Below, one piece after another: positions 1 through 14,189 of a DNA stretch of 64,000 bases; position 1 is the first letter of the stretch, and each line of letters opens with the position of its first letter. The stretch comes from Asterionella formosa. Lineage: Eukaryota. A program made the position numbers and the translations under genes. The notes under the pieces were generated by a model that worked only from the letters and a program-made list of their open reading frames with translations, was not told the origin of the DNA and did not search any database. The stretch spans positions 1 through 64,000 of the forward strand of contig NKIB01012947.1 in the NCBI GenBank assembly GCA_002256025.1, read 5' to 3'.

Positions 1-578
1 CATCAATTTCGTTTACTCTCTCATTTCATTTTGAAAAGGCAATGATCTAAACATAGTTACCGGAAGTGAAAATTAAGGTATTGAAGATCACTGTGTGCTC
101 ATTCTGATAGAGGATGCACAGTGGAAATTATGGGTGAACAGAAGTAGAATATTTGAGTATTAAATAGCAATCCATTTAATTCGATTTGTGTTCATCATTG
201 ATCGAACATGATAATAGGTTTGACGTTCGATCAAATCAATTATTCTCTTCATCTAACGGTTGGAATTCTTTGATCAAATCGTATTTTAGCGCTCGATCTC
301 ATGTTTATTTCTACTGATCTAAGGAAATCCTGAGATTGGTCAAACATATCATCATGTGTGATCAATAATTGACACAAATCGAAATAAATGGATCATTAAA
401 TTCTATACAATAAATCATGCTCCTGGTAACACATCGTTTCTACTGTGCATCGTTTAACAGACTGAGCACATAATCATTTTTAAAACCTTTACTTCATTTC
501 CAGTAGCAATTTTTTGGATCATTTCCTTTGAAATGATTTCTTGAAGATTAATTGAAAGAGTCAGCGAAATTGTTGATG
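1..578. repeat. Degenerate long inverted repeat (foldback/MITE-like), arms ~1-225 and ~338-578; may extend beyond the window start
   Basis: The reverse complement of 1-20 (gagagtaaacgaaattgatg) resembles 553-578 (gaaagagtcagcgaaattgttgatg). ccatttaattcgatttgtgttcatcattgatc (~171-203) pairs with gatcaataattgacacaaatcgaaataaatgg (~360-391). gatgcacagtggaaa pairs with tttctactgtgcatc. Confidence 0.75.
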
Positions 579-911
579 TTTCATTTAACATTCCACCTTT
601 GAGAACAGCAACTCACATTCTAAAATCTTCTTTTATCATTTTCCTATAGGAGATAATAACAATGTTAGCAAAAGTGTTACAACAAGTAAACGATCAACGA
701 TAACGTTATTTTTGATCACAATCGCTCGTCTATACAAGCATTTGCACCGAGACTCTATCGTAACTTCTGTGCACAAGCACTTTTCTGAAACCAAATTTGA
801 AGCTAAACAGTCATTAGTAACATTACCACCAGGCTGTCTTTTATGAACATATGAGAAGCGAAAATATTATATAGCTTCGCGATCCAAGAGACATATGAAC
901 AACAAATGTGC

Positions 912-1165
912 ACATAACTTACCTCTGCTCTCACGGTTGATTGATAGGTGACAGGGTATCGATTCTCATTCTCACATCTGCACAAAGGGAAAAGAGATGC
1001 ACAATGTCGAAATCATTATATTTCATGTTAATCAATTCACACAGATGCTATAAACCTTCTGCAACATGAGTACTATATAACTTGCCTCTGCTCTCAGGGC
1101 AGATTGATAGGTGAGAGGGTAGTATTGATCCTCATTCTCATGACTGGTCTATGTAGGGAAGAGAC
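912..1165. repeat. Diverged direct repeat, ~80 bp units ~165 bp apart
   Basis: ataacttacctctgctctcacggttgattgataggtgacagggta (~914) vs ataacttgcctctgctctcagggcagattgataggtgagagggta (~1077), each followed by ctcattctca. Confidence 0.7.
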
Positions 1166-1671
1166 ATATTTTTTTATTTTTTTAATATCGAAATCCTTAT
1201 ACGCATAAATCATTGTGGAAATATATTTCATGAACCAATGTTTTCAGTAGTCGAATTCTGATCCAAAATAATTATCTTCTTGATTTCGGAGGGTAAACGG
1301 GCATGGCCTTCAATGGATTGTTCTCTGATTCTATCGCATCAATCGACCAAAGCTTTTATTTTCCTGTAACAAGCAGACAGTCCGATTTCGCTGGCTTACT
1401 TCTCCTTCAAAATCGAAACCATATCGTTCATTGCAAGACTAAGATCTTCATCTTCCCATTGAAAAGGTAGCTTGTGAGGGATTTGACGAGCGCGCATGGC
1501 TTTGTAAAAGGAAAGAATTTCAATTACTAGCTACCGGTACTATGAGAATGGAGAGGATAGAGTAGTACCAGTACCTGGTACGCACATGAAATGCATCAAC
1601 GCATGATGTAAAGTGTTCGAACCCGAATGGCAACAAAGAACTGATTCACAAAAATCATTATGTAATCATCT

Positions 1672-1935
1672 GGTACAAGTTTTTACATACACATAAGGTG
1701 ATATGTGTAAAGTCATGCTCTGAGATATAAATTCAATTGATCAAACAGGAAATGTTGATGATGTGCGTAGCAAAAATATTTCCTACAACAAATTTGCTTA
1801 ATCAACAACTTTTGGTAAATATGTATGATAAGTTTTTACATATGCACAACGTAATATATGTAGAGTCATAAGCTGATATATAAAAAGTTCATTGATCGAA
1901 CAGTAAAGTTATTAATGTATCAAAATTATTTTCGA
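1672..1935. repeat. Diverged direct repeat, ~110 bp units ~153 bp apart
   Basis: aagtttttacatacacataaggtgatatgtgtaaagtcat...attgatcaaacag vs aagtttttacatatgcacaacgtaatatatgtagagtcat...attgatcgaacag. Confidence 0.65.
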
Positions 1936-2144
1936 TATTATAAAAATTCAGCTTTTTCAATAAATTTTAGAGCATATGCTGAGTAAAACGTTAGATCTAT
2001 GAGAAACTTAATTCACAGACGTTGATATATATGTAACATGTATAATGTACTTCGAATATAATTTATAATAGTTATATTGGGTCGTTGGTATGATGATCTG
2101 GCAGTTAAAAATATCCAATCCCAATGACGGCTTTGAAACTGTTA

Positions 2145-2240
2145 TTAAGATACTGTAAAACCTGGTTTCTTGTACGCCCCAATACACCTGTACCCCCCTT
2201 TGTACATCTAGCGCAACATTCCCAAATTTGTTAATACATT
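2145..2240 (+). mobile_element. Transposon-end-like sequence beginning at TTAA; inverted homolog at 23780-23870
   Basis: acctgtacccccctttgtacatct (2186-2209) is the exact reverse complement of 23807-23830. Similarity extends outward to a TTAA at both sites. Confidence 0.6.
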
Positions 2241-3413
2241 CATACTATAGTTCTGTTCTTACTGGTCACCATCATGAAACAACAATCAACAACAATGGCG
2301 ATATCCTTGGCCTGAGATCTAATTCAACAGTCGAAGCTGCAAGTTGCAAGCTTGTTGTGGCGGGATTGTTAAGCTGAATTCTACAGGCTCCAACAGTGCT
2401 GGCTGGCATTAATATTTTCCTTGGCTTGCCGGAAGCGTTCATAGAATCATTTCGTCTGCTGCCTCATGATGCAGAAAGTTTTTGTGCATATCATAATTCT
2501 GTTCCAATAATATTTAAGCGATGTGGTTGGCTTTTATTAATATCCATCATGATCGAAGTCGTTTGTAGAACCAACACGAATTATAACTATTATGTAGGTT
2601 TATGTACGAAAGAGTAAACACTCTAGGAATTACTATTCTTGATGCCATCATGAAACTCGGGCGTGCCAGTGCACCAAAAATAGAAATTCTATTGATCATG
2701 ATAGAAACCGTTTGAACCCACAACAAGAATATATCTGTAAAATGTTGCTCTTTATGTTTTAGACGACGGAGAAAGCAGTGGTACTGCTGTTGGTTTTTTC
2801 ATAATCTTTGATGATCAAAAAGGGCAAATATCTTGAACTCCCTTCTAAGTAAGTTCAGTTGTGGCTGTGTACATTGAGAAGTACAAGACAACAGGTTTTA
2901 TAGTAGGTCTTTTTAATTACTTCAGCCAGAAAAGGAAAAGAGAACAATTTGAGTTTGAAGAGAATACCAGTACTTTGAATCTGGAACATAGGATATGTGG
3001 TTTTTTCACTTTGGAAGAAAAGCCCAATTTTGGAGACGTCAGGGAATTGCATGCAGTTCCTGAAATTCGCTGACATTTCCTTATGTTTCCTGAAATTTCC
3101 TGAAAGTCATAGGCATTTCTGAAATTCATAAGAATTTTCTGAAAGTCATAGTCATATGCTACGTGTTCTCTCATTTTTGCAACTAGAAGAGTCCTGCTAT
3201 TTATTTTGCTGAGGCGTACTATGAATAAAAGACGTTCTGAATATAAGATTAAATAAGCTCCTTTCCGGCAACACATTGTTCGTTTTAGGATCAACTTGCA
3301 GGTACCACGTGTACCAAAACCTAAACTGTCCAGAGTGCCAGGTTCTGGTAGGAGCACCAGGTATCCCCTGGTACCTCCAAGTTGAGGTCATTTTGCTTAA
3401 ACTAATATGTTAA

Positions 3414-4450
3414 GGTTCCTGCATTCAACCTTAAGGCAAAAATTAAAATATTGCTTAGGGTTGCCAAAATTCCCTGGAACTAAGAATTTATAAGAGCTAT
3501 TTTTGAATGACATGATTCCGTTTAAAATATTCAAATCAGTGGAAATTTGCGCGTCCATGCATAGATTCCTTTTTGAAATAGCTATATATATAGAGAGACA
3601 TTGCGCATCACTGTATGTATATGGACCGACGACTATTTTTCTTATATACAACCCGGCGGCTTGGCAAAGATTTGAAAGTGCAATCAACGAGTGGTACCAG
3701 GTACCACACGTATGATGTCCAATGATGATAATCTACTGGTACCCAACTGGATATAGTACCAGCCTACAGGTACACCCAAAGAAATTCTGCACATGTATCC
3801 AATGTGGCCGGTGTGGGTTTGCAATTCCTCTCACAATCAAACGGAGTCGAGTATTTCGCCATAGCCAATCAGTACATATATAAAACTGCGCGCACTTACA
3901 ATGGAATTTTTGGTACTAAAAATTTTACGACTAAATATTGCATCACAAGACTACCATTCCAATGATGACGTTTCGGCGCTAAGTTGTTCTGATTCCGATA
4001 TTTCGGAGACCGTAGAAAAGGCCGATTTTGTCAAATTTTTGGACAGCGACGGCTCAACGTTTGCTGGTTCTGAAGGCGATTTCAATATATATTAGGTAAC
4101 CTTCAAATAGCATCAGCATATAACTTCGGGCGAGAAACTGCAGAAAGGAACTTCGGTATTTTTACTATGCCAAATAAAGTGCTTTCCCCCGAAATTTCTG
4201 GTCTTTACAGCAGCAAAAAAACCGAAGTTCTCTTCTGTAGTTTCTCGCCAGATCCTATATCCTGACGATATATAGCGCTGACCTGTACCCCTACTTTTGT
4301 CAAAGACTGTATCTAAGCATATGGAAAGGGTGCATATTGGTGAAAGCTCCGTTTAGTGATACACATTTACGTTTTACTCGTGAAGAATGGTGTTTTTGAC
4401 TCAATTTTTTTTTAACCCTACCTCTAAACTAGGGTTGACATGCAGGAACC
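3414..4450. mobile_element. Non-autonomous TIR element (MITE-like) flanked by TTAA, related to the adjacent Harbinger-type element
   Basis: TTAA(3410-3413)-ggttcctgcattcaacc ... ggttgacatgcaggaacc-TTAA(4451-4454). There is an internal hairpin at ~4129-4249 (ggcgagaaactgcagaaaggaacttcggt / accgaagttctcttctgtagtttctcgcc). The subterminal block gactgtatct..aagcatatg..attggtgaaagct is shared with ~7256-7305. Confidence 0.8.
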
Positions 4451-5322
4451 TTAATCTGGGATAAAGATATCTAAATCTTTTGTTTAAACAAAATTACCGC
4501 AGCTTGCTCTGGTACCAGGTACCTGGTAGTCTACCTGGTCCCTTTAAGGTTGCAGCCCCGCCGGCTTAACCCTAGTTCGGAGAAAATATCGCTAGGGTTG
4601 TAAAAACGGCGTGGTTTCCTACTATGAATTCCCATTATTCGAGTGTCCATTTGAATATTTGAATTAAAAAGGAATCAGTGCCAGATTGATAGAGTTCCAT
4701 TTTAAACAAACAAAAATGATGTTTAAATGTTTATGCTTTTGCTACGATGAGAATGGAGATGACACTGGTGCTGATGAGTTTGCCAGCGACAATGAGGACA
4801 GTAGGATGGGTGTCCCAGGTGTTTCTCAGATTGGTGTTTCTGGGGTTACTCAGTCCCCATTAAGGAACAACAACGATTTTTCACATGCTCCTACTAGTTC
4901 AGTTGTAAGAATGGCAACTGTTGCTTTACAAGGCTACTCGAACTGATACTGATGACCTGCAGTAGCAACAGAAACAGAACATGATGAACATGATGATGGT
5001 GTCAATCATGGCATCGTTGTTGAATCGTGGGGTATCTCAAACAACCACCTCCACTGACAGTGCTGATCCCATTCAGGCAACGATGAATTCAATTATTGCT
5101 TTGAACATGATTTCAATGCAGCAAACAATGCAAAGCCAAAATCTAACCTCAACAGCAGGTGCCAATGCACAACAAACTTTGTCTGCCTCAACTCAATGTC
5201 AAACACCAAAAAACAACAGTGTTATTAGTGATAATGAATAACCTTAAATTAATTCATTCTAATATAATATGAAAGAAGTGAGAAGTGGTGGTAAATAATC
5301 ATAAATGAATAATTTCTTTGAA

Positions 5323-6594
5323 TTACATGGCATATCTATTAGCATTCCCATGCAAATAGGGCATATACACTGAAGCAATTTGATTCTTACCAACTTTGCT
5401 AGCACGAAAGTTGTAGAGCAATACAATCATTTGGAGAATAAATTTTCTCTCACCTTTTTCTTCATAACGAAATTTGTCTTTGATTCTCGGAAATGATCCC
5501 TGAAGGCATCGCATTCCCCATTCCGACGGCTGTCAAATTGAGGTGGGTTTGCGATTCATACCAAATCTTTGTCGAGGATTACCATTTGCATCAACATTAT
5601 TTTGATGCGATTTCAACATTGCATTTGATTTCTTAGATGCAAATGCTGAATCCACAACTACTTTTTGACCTGTATCCCTGTTAAATTGTTTCAATCTGAT
5701 CATAGATAGATGACCGAATTGCCATGGCGGAGTCATGTAAAACACCAGGTGCATTGAAATATGAGTAGCGAATTTTGCCATCAGGCGAAAAAAGAAACAA
5801 GTTTGTCACATAGTAGTGTTCATGAGTCCATCCATTGTAGAAGTTGTTCTGCTTTGTTTCATTTCCAGCCCGTTGCAGGGTCAGTTTCAGACCATCCATT
5901 GCTCCCCAACAATTTGTTATTAGTGGGTATTTCTGATTGATCATGGTTTAAAACAAGGTGGCTTCGTCTGCAGTAGGCAGTCTCACAACGGCATCTTCAT
6001 GTGTCAGCAGTACTTTTACAATCATTTGCCTTGAAAAACTCAACCAAACACTCAAAGAACCATGAATTATTCCGAAAATAATCTGAAGATTCATTTAGGA
6101 ACCACGAGTCCTGGTCCATGCTAACCCAAGCGCTAGACAACTGATGGAACAGAGGTATCTTTGCCGACCTTTCTTGGTTTTTGAATTTCTAACAATAAAA
6201 TCCGTATTTTTCTTACAGGGAGTAAAGGAATAAAAACAAGGTTTGAACAGCTGGTGTAGGAGCTCGAAAGAAGAATGGTCAACCCACACAAGGTAATCAG
6301 AGCATCATCATGCTTGCTGTTGAACAAAGTCCAGAATGGACTTGATAATGGATGCTGTAGTGCATCGCCACGGATTTTGCCACTTCTTCTTCTGACCTCA
6401 TCAACAGCCAATTTTTCCCTGAACGATGGCGTCTTATTTACTGGAGGATAGCACATTGCTAACAGTAGCAATGTGATCATAATGTCATCATCATCATCAG
6501 GAGATGAGATGAAAGTCGATGACTGACAATGATGAATATATAGAACTCCTGCATATAATGAACAAGAGGCGGCATAGCATAAAAGAGGATGCAT
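5323..6594 (-). pseudogene. Harbinger/HARBI1-like (DDE_Tnp_4) transposase, frameshifted
   Basis: ORF fragments in successive frames carry CWGAMDG, FYNGWTHEH, LFLFSPDGKI, NAPGVLHDS, VVVDSAF and (S)EWGMRCLQGSFPRI, which is the motif order of Harbinger transposases. Confidence 0.85.
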
Positions 6595-6840
6595 CGATAT
6601 GAAAATTCAACTGCTGAAAATTAAAGTTAAAAATATATCTAATGTCAGAAAAGTAATCTAAAATATCTCTATTATCAGAGCGCAAGGACGATTGTTATGT
6701 AGCGGCATAGCAAGCATAAAAGAGGATGCATCGATATGAAAATTCAACTGCTGAAAATTAAAGTTAAAAATATATCTCATGTCAGAAAAGTAATCTAAAA
6801 TATCTCTATTATCAGAGCGCAAGGACAATTATTATGTAGC
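6569..6840. repeat. Near-perfect ~133 bp tandem duplication inside the transposon
   Basis: gcataaaagaggatgcatcgatatgaaaattcaactgctg...cagagcgcaaggac..tatgtagc occurs at ~6577-6703 and again at ~6714-6840. Confidence 0.95.
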
Positions 6841-9295
6841 AGATCACCAGAATAATTTGTGTTATAATACACACATGATATAATAATTTTTTATTTTCAG
6901 AGCGCGCCCAGTATACGAGAACGTTTTTGCACGTACAAATTCTCATTCCAATATTTTGGCGACTGTTGAAAAAGCTGATCGGGTCGACTTTTTGGAGGAG
7001 GATTGCTCTACCGTACGTCTATGGGGTTTCAATCAAGAATGAAATAGTTAGCCATGTACCCTATAACGTCAGGAGTTAACTTCTGCAGAGAAGTGGTAGT
7101 TATCCCCCGTTGATTTTTTAAAAAGCTTGATGGCCCCCTTTTTTGACTATTTTTTGGATAGTTACGATTCCAACACGGATTACTGCCACTTCTCTCCAGA
7201 AATGAGGTCCTTGCCATATCTGTATATAGATCATACTACCCCTAAGTCGACCCATGACTGTATCTACCAGTAAGCATATGCAAAGTGGTCTTATTGGTGA
7301 AAGCTAATTTTACCTTTAACTATTTTATTTCGTTGCTCGTACTGTGTGGATTGAAATACATAATAAAATTATTTTGAAAAAAAACAGGCCTCGTGATGTG
7401 TAACTGCGGGGCCTTTACCTTAATCAACCGGTATCTGGTAACAGGTGCCAGTACCAGGTACCATTACCAGGATACCAGGGTGCGCACCTTTTTTAGGGTG
7501 GAGTGTGATGACGCCTTCTTGTAAAATTTTGGTACTCTCACACAGTCAAGATTTCTTTATCGAAGGATTAAGTTCCACTCTTCGACATTCAGTCTTTCTT
7601 TCTCTTGATCAATCATCAACTGCTACAATTTTTGCAGCAAAATTCGCCTGACGAAGGTACGTCTAAATGAATGTTATCTTGCCCAGAGAATGTCACCCAT
7701 CAACTCCATGGATTCACCGCCTGCTCATTTTTGAGCTGATGTCACGGCTTTTGACCGAAGTTCTTCCAAATGGAAACAACGTGGTTACCCCTTTGAATTT
7801 TTTCAAGTCTGTATGTTGGATGTTGATGGTGGTCTTTCTCGTTTTAAGGCTTATTTGTGAACAGCCCTGGTCCTGGTGGTTTTTGAAGTATGTACCCGAA
7901 GTCGCCGAACTCACGGAAGACGCCTTTCTTTGGTGTGCACATCTACTAGTGGAGGTCCGATCTGGGAGATGGTGGTGGGATGTTTATCAGCAACTTCCGT
8001 CATTCACACTTCGCTTTTCCGTTTTCGCAATTTGCTCGAGGAAAATCTATGGTCGATACGTACTATCCTTGCTTCGCTTCCGCATGTGGGCCAACACGCC
8101 GCGACGCCGAAATGAATCACTAGTTGCCGCGCCCGAATCACAAGCAATGGACCGCTGTGACAATCCCCTAGATGATGAGAATGAATCAGGGCTTGAAATG
8201 ACTATTTCAGTTCATGACAAGCATGCATAGTTTGTGAAATCATTCGATTTATTGATCAAGAATGAGTTACCTACTCTAGAAATCAACAGCGAACCCTCCC
8301 TTACGGATGTGCCAGCGAACTTTTGCTGACAAAATATAGAATATTCTTCCTTACTGTAGTGATTATGCTGATCAGAGGGGAGAGAATGCAAACTTGGAGT
8401 TGTTCTGAGATACCGGTACTTGATTAGGAGTGAAAAGAAGATAGCTGGAAGGTTGGGTTGCTGGTTTCACCTGTTAATCTTTTCCTTCCATATCTTCATG
8501 ACATCACCTTCGGCAATAGGACTACCTACCAGTACTGCTTGTAGTTTACCTCGGATGCAAAAATGTCGCTATAAGCACTACATATTATATTAGGTGCATA
8601 AAACTGAGATGCCATTCAGGTACTTTTAAGTAATTTTTAGGCTCTAAGTAATTTCTTAAGTAATTTTTATTTAGGGGCAATATGGGGCACATGAAATTTT
8701 TTGGCGAAAAATGCCGATTTTAGCATGACAGTCAAAACAAGCATCAAGCACACAAGAATGATTGTAACATGCAATATCAATGAAAATTGAACATGATGTT
8801 TGGAGCAACCAAAGTATGAAATGTGATGTAATAAGTACTAGGGTCAAATGAGAAATAGGAAATATGCATTGTTTTGGGTTAGAAATCAAGTGAAAAATAT
8901 GAGTTTTGGTGGAGACGTAGAATGCATTGTAGCACTTAAACAGGCAAAATTCCATCACACAATCGAATAGCGAAATAAAACAGGAAAGAAGAAAAAAGCT
9001 GAACCCAATTTAGATCTGCATCGTGATGTAGCATAGATGATCTGGATGCTGCAACCATGAACATCGCTGTAGTAGCCTGACAAAAGTTGCAGTCCTTCCG
9101 CCCACAGCCTTTCCTCCCACCAAACAACCCTGATCATTCCATTCTAATCCATTCTGATTGAGTATGATCGCCAGGCTGCTCTAGCACTACTGACTCCCTC
9201 TAACTGAATATGTAGCTTGTGATACAAACTCGTAGTAGAAATGTAGTAAAGCGCATTAGTACAAAAAAAGCATTGCTTGGTGGCAATATTGACAT

Positions 9296-9625
9296 CATGG
9301 TTAACAACTACCGATGTACAAATCAATAAATAAGATCAACAATGGCACAGTACATCTTGAAAGAGTAGTCATTGATTAACAAATTGCATGGTTGTTTTTA
9401 GAACCACATACGTATGTAGGCTATATGACTGGAATATTTGTTAAGCATCATCACATAAGCAGTGCGTCAATTCTCTGTTTTGATCGCTTCTGTCGTATTT
9501 CGTCGTTCTGTATTACTATATCTATCTTTACACGGGCAGAGACAACCTATGTATCAATGCCTACTCTTTGAAGATGTATACTAGCTGTTAATCTTATTTG
9601 TTGATCTACATAGTCATTGACCATG
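9296..9625. repeat. Foldback element with ~80 bp inverted arms (MITE-like)
   Basis: catggttaac...atcaataaataagatcaac...tacatcttgaaagagtagtcattgat (9296-9377) pairs with atcaatgcctactctttgaagatgta...ttaatcttatttgttgat...ttgaccatg (9553-9625). Confidence 0.75.
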
Positions 9626-9687
9626 GGGAATGGCTTAACTGGTTATCACACTTCATGAGCTGGCGGGCTCGATTCCTGCATTCTCCA
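9625..9687 (+). pseudogene. tRNA-derived relic (tRNA-Ala-like) or SINE head
   Basis: The acceptor stem GGGGAAT/ATTCTCC-A has a G3:U70 pair. A-box-like TGGCTTAACTGG and T-arm GCGGG-CTCGATT-CCTGC are present. The D/anticodon region is ~10 nt too short, so this is not a canonical tRNA. Confidence 0.6.
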
Positions 9688-9719
9688 CCTGTCTTTCTTT
9701 AGGTAGCAATAATGCATAT

Positions 9720-12010
9720 TATACAAACAAGAAGTCTATTAATAACTTCAACTGCTACCTTGGATCGGCAAAGCAGGTATCTGAGTAGTATGAATTTAAC
9801 TACAAATGAAGATTTGCAGAGAATTGCCAATATGAAATAGAATTTATGGCCAATTATGACACTTATAGGAATAGGATAGATGCCTATAAAAATTTATAAT
9901 GCAAAGGCATATACATTGCTCTGGGAGAGATGCGACAAGGCTATGAAAAATAAGATTAAAGCAAGATTGGATTACATTAAAATCAAGAATAACCCAATAA
10001 AATTGCTCATTGTAATTAAAGAACACGCACTTAGCTACCAGGAGAATCGATGTTCAATGTCGATTATATTAGATGTGATACAAACGCTTTTGAATACAAA
10101 GTGTGGGGTCATAAGAATCCAGGGGACCATAATAAAGATTGGGATCAAAGGATGCATGCAATGGGGAAGGAAGAAAAAGATGTGAACTTGTTGTTCATAC
10201 AACTAGTAGAAAAATGTTACTACTGTGTAAAAGCGGAACAAAAATCACTGTCGTGTCGTGAGAAAAACAAACCCAAAGAAGAATGGGCAATCAACAAAGA
10301 TCAACCAAGCCATGCACAGGCACAGGATACGAGCAACATCAGACATGAGTACAGTTACCTCTGCCACTTCTAAGCCCATGACATCACAAGCTCCACAAAA
10401 AGCCAATGTCAATCAAGTTGGATGGGTGGGAGCTCATATCGAACAACAATTTTATCAAACATCTGGGATGATGTGCGACTGGATACTCCTAGACAATCAA
10501 TCAAGTGTTACAGTCTTTTGCAATCCAAGCTTGGTCAAAAACATTCGAGGGTCTACCAATTAAAGCATGCATCTTGCCACAACCCTTTTGCAATCCAAGC
10601 ATGGTCAAGAACATTCGAGTGTCTACCAATTAAAACATGCATCTTGCCATAACCAGTGGATCTTTGGTCACCTATATGAAGGCAAATCTTCCACAATGGA
10701 GCGAATTTTGTTTAACAACAAGGCAATTACAAACATCTTTAGTTATTCCGAAATGGCAGACAAGTACAGGAGCATCACTTATGACTCTGAAAAGGAAGAT
10801 TCATTTATTGTTCATTTTCCCGAAAAACCTATTCCATTTGAAAGAGTTGGAATGAATCTAAATGTATTCAAGCTTCCCATATCTATGAATGCTAAAAATG
10901 CCCTTATTAAAACTATTAATGAACACAAAACTTTCTACACAAAACGTCAAATTCGATAGAGCCAAGAAGTAAGCTCTTGATCTATATCACGCTTTGGGCA
11001 TGCCATCAACTAACAATTACAAAGCAATACTTCATAAGAATAATATCAAAAACAACTCTGTGACTACCAATGATATCAAGATTGCCGAGATAATTTTTAG
11101 ATCTGACATTGGCACACAAAAAGGCAAGACACTTTGTTGCAAACCATGATGTAGCCTTACATGACTGGTAGTACCAGTCATGGAAGACTACATCGAGATT
11201 CCTAAGGGGCTTATTAATGCACAACACAAGAAAGTGACTCTTTGCATGGATGGAATGAAAGTGAATAGACAATCCTTCTTCACCACAATTTCCAAAACAT
11301 AATGTACAGGACAGCACAATGGATCAAGAACCAGATGGCAGATGTCTTTTAAGATGCTCTGACTCAGGTATTCTATGTTTTCAAACACAATGCGCCATGC
11401 AGCTTAGATTGCATTTATCTGCATTGCGACAACAACAAAGTGCAGGGAGGTCATGAGCTGCTACATCTCCCAACAAATGTGCCTTTCACCAGATTAATGG
11501 CTGGTTACTCCCATACCTCTTACTCCGGTAATCATAAATCAAGTACACACCCTTGCTGAGCAGGAGAAGATGCCAGATGGTCTCAAGAAGATATCTAATT
11601 GAATGGGACAACTATTTTATGAAAGTGCTTGGATTGCAGTAGTAGACAACAACAATGAAGCATTTGAAGATGCACAAGATGATCAATGACAAGCTAGCAA
11701 TGACGAAAGTAATGACAAATCGCTGAACAAATACTATGATGAAATGGCTCTGGACGAGATATATGAAGAAGATGAATTCAAACAACTTTAACATCCAAGA
11801 GGAGAAGATAAATTCAAATAACTTTAACATCCAAGAGGATGACCCTGAACCTGTGCGTGGGCGACAATGATGATAATGATGAATTAGAAGCCAATGAAAT
11901 ACACGATGGTGAGGACAAAGAACCTGTAAATGAAATGGCAAACAACGAAGCAATGATAAAAGAAGTCAATCCAAGCACACGATAAGGAATGGTATCATGG
12001 GGAGTCATTG
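9720..12010 (+). mobile_element. Degenerate Ty1/copia (CoDi-like) LTR retrotransposon relic: gag, protease and partial integrase
   Basis: Fragments AKAYTLLWERCDKAMKNKI, a decayed zinc knuckle CYYC..., and protease WILLDNQSSVTVFCN. Colinear and highly similar to 61530-64000, with many stops, deletions and local tandem duplications (~10515-10655, ~11765-11840). Confidence 0.85.
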
Positions 12011-12496
12011 GAGTGCAAATGGACCTCAAAGGTAGTCAAAACTCAACAAAGTTCCTGATTCTCGCCATTGGGTTTTGCTTTCTCAAGACTATTGGCGGTA
12101 ACCACAAGGCCTTGTACGCTGCCATCGGATATGAAGTGGTTTGAGGTTGGAATTTTGTAAATCCTATTCGACAAGAGTCGAGTGCTAGATGGCTATCTCG
12201 TCATGGGAAGTCTGAGCACGCGAGGCATACTAGAGATTTCAATAGGAATTGAATGCTCGCAAAGAGACAGAAGTGTTTTTTGTTTCTTGAGGAAGTCTCT
12301 AGAACGTAACTTTATTTTATTGCCTTCGTTTTCAGCTGGAGAAAAATGGACCTTTGTGTCAAGTACTTTGGGATCAGCGGAAGATATTTTCAAGAATTAT
12401 TTGTGGACCACATTGTCTAGCTTGGTGTACCAGCCCCCTGTATAAAGCCGGAAGTATCAGACACTACTCCTCAAGGCTCACTCTATAGTTAGCTTA

Positions 12497-13957
<1,461 letters not shown>

Positions 13958-14189
13958 CTATTAGCTAGTCGTATATATAAATAGATATCAAGTGGGAGGC
14001 AAGTTGGCTGTACCTGTAGGCTACGTATAAAAGGAATGTCAGGGACAGGGTCGTGGTAGGAAGTTTGTTGATAAAAGTATTAGACAGTAGGAATAAAAAA
14101 AAAGATAAGCTTGCAGTCAGTTAGTTGTGTTTTTATACGACGCTGTTATTGTCCGGATGCTCTTGTGCACGCAAATGGAATCTAGCCAT

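Larger units (their letters stand above)
4548..7419 (-). mobile_element. PIF/Harbinger-superfamily DNA transposon, decayed
   Basis: Imperfect TIRs ggttgcagccccgc / gcggggcctttacc, each bordered by TTAA (4544-4547, 7420-7423). Contains a frameshifted DDE_Tnp_4-type transposase on the minus strand and convergent low-complexity ORF remnants (4686-5241 +) that may be the accessory gene. Confidence 0.75.

Noticed and set aside
7550..8230. 187 aa plus-strand ORF (7667-8230) and coding-like GC
   Set aside because: No recognisable motifs. The opposite strand reads as a stop-interrupted frame, so this may be a decayed gene, but I cannot identify it.
8625..8690. aagtaattt repeats plus aggggcaatatg, with inverted look-alikes at ~23455-23487
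   Set aside because: The shared motifs are short, AT-rich and in a different order, which is not enough to call an element.
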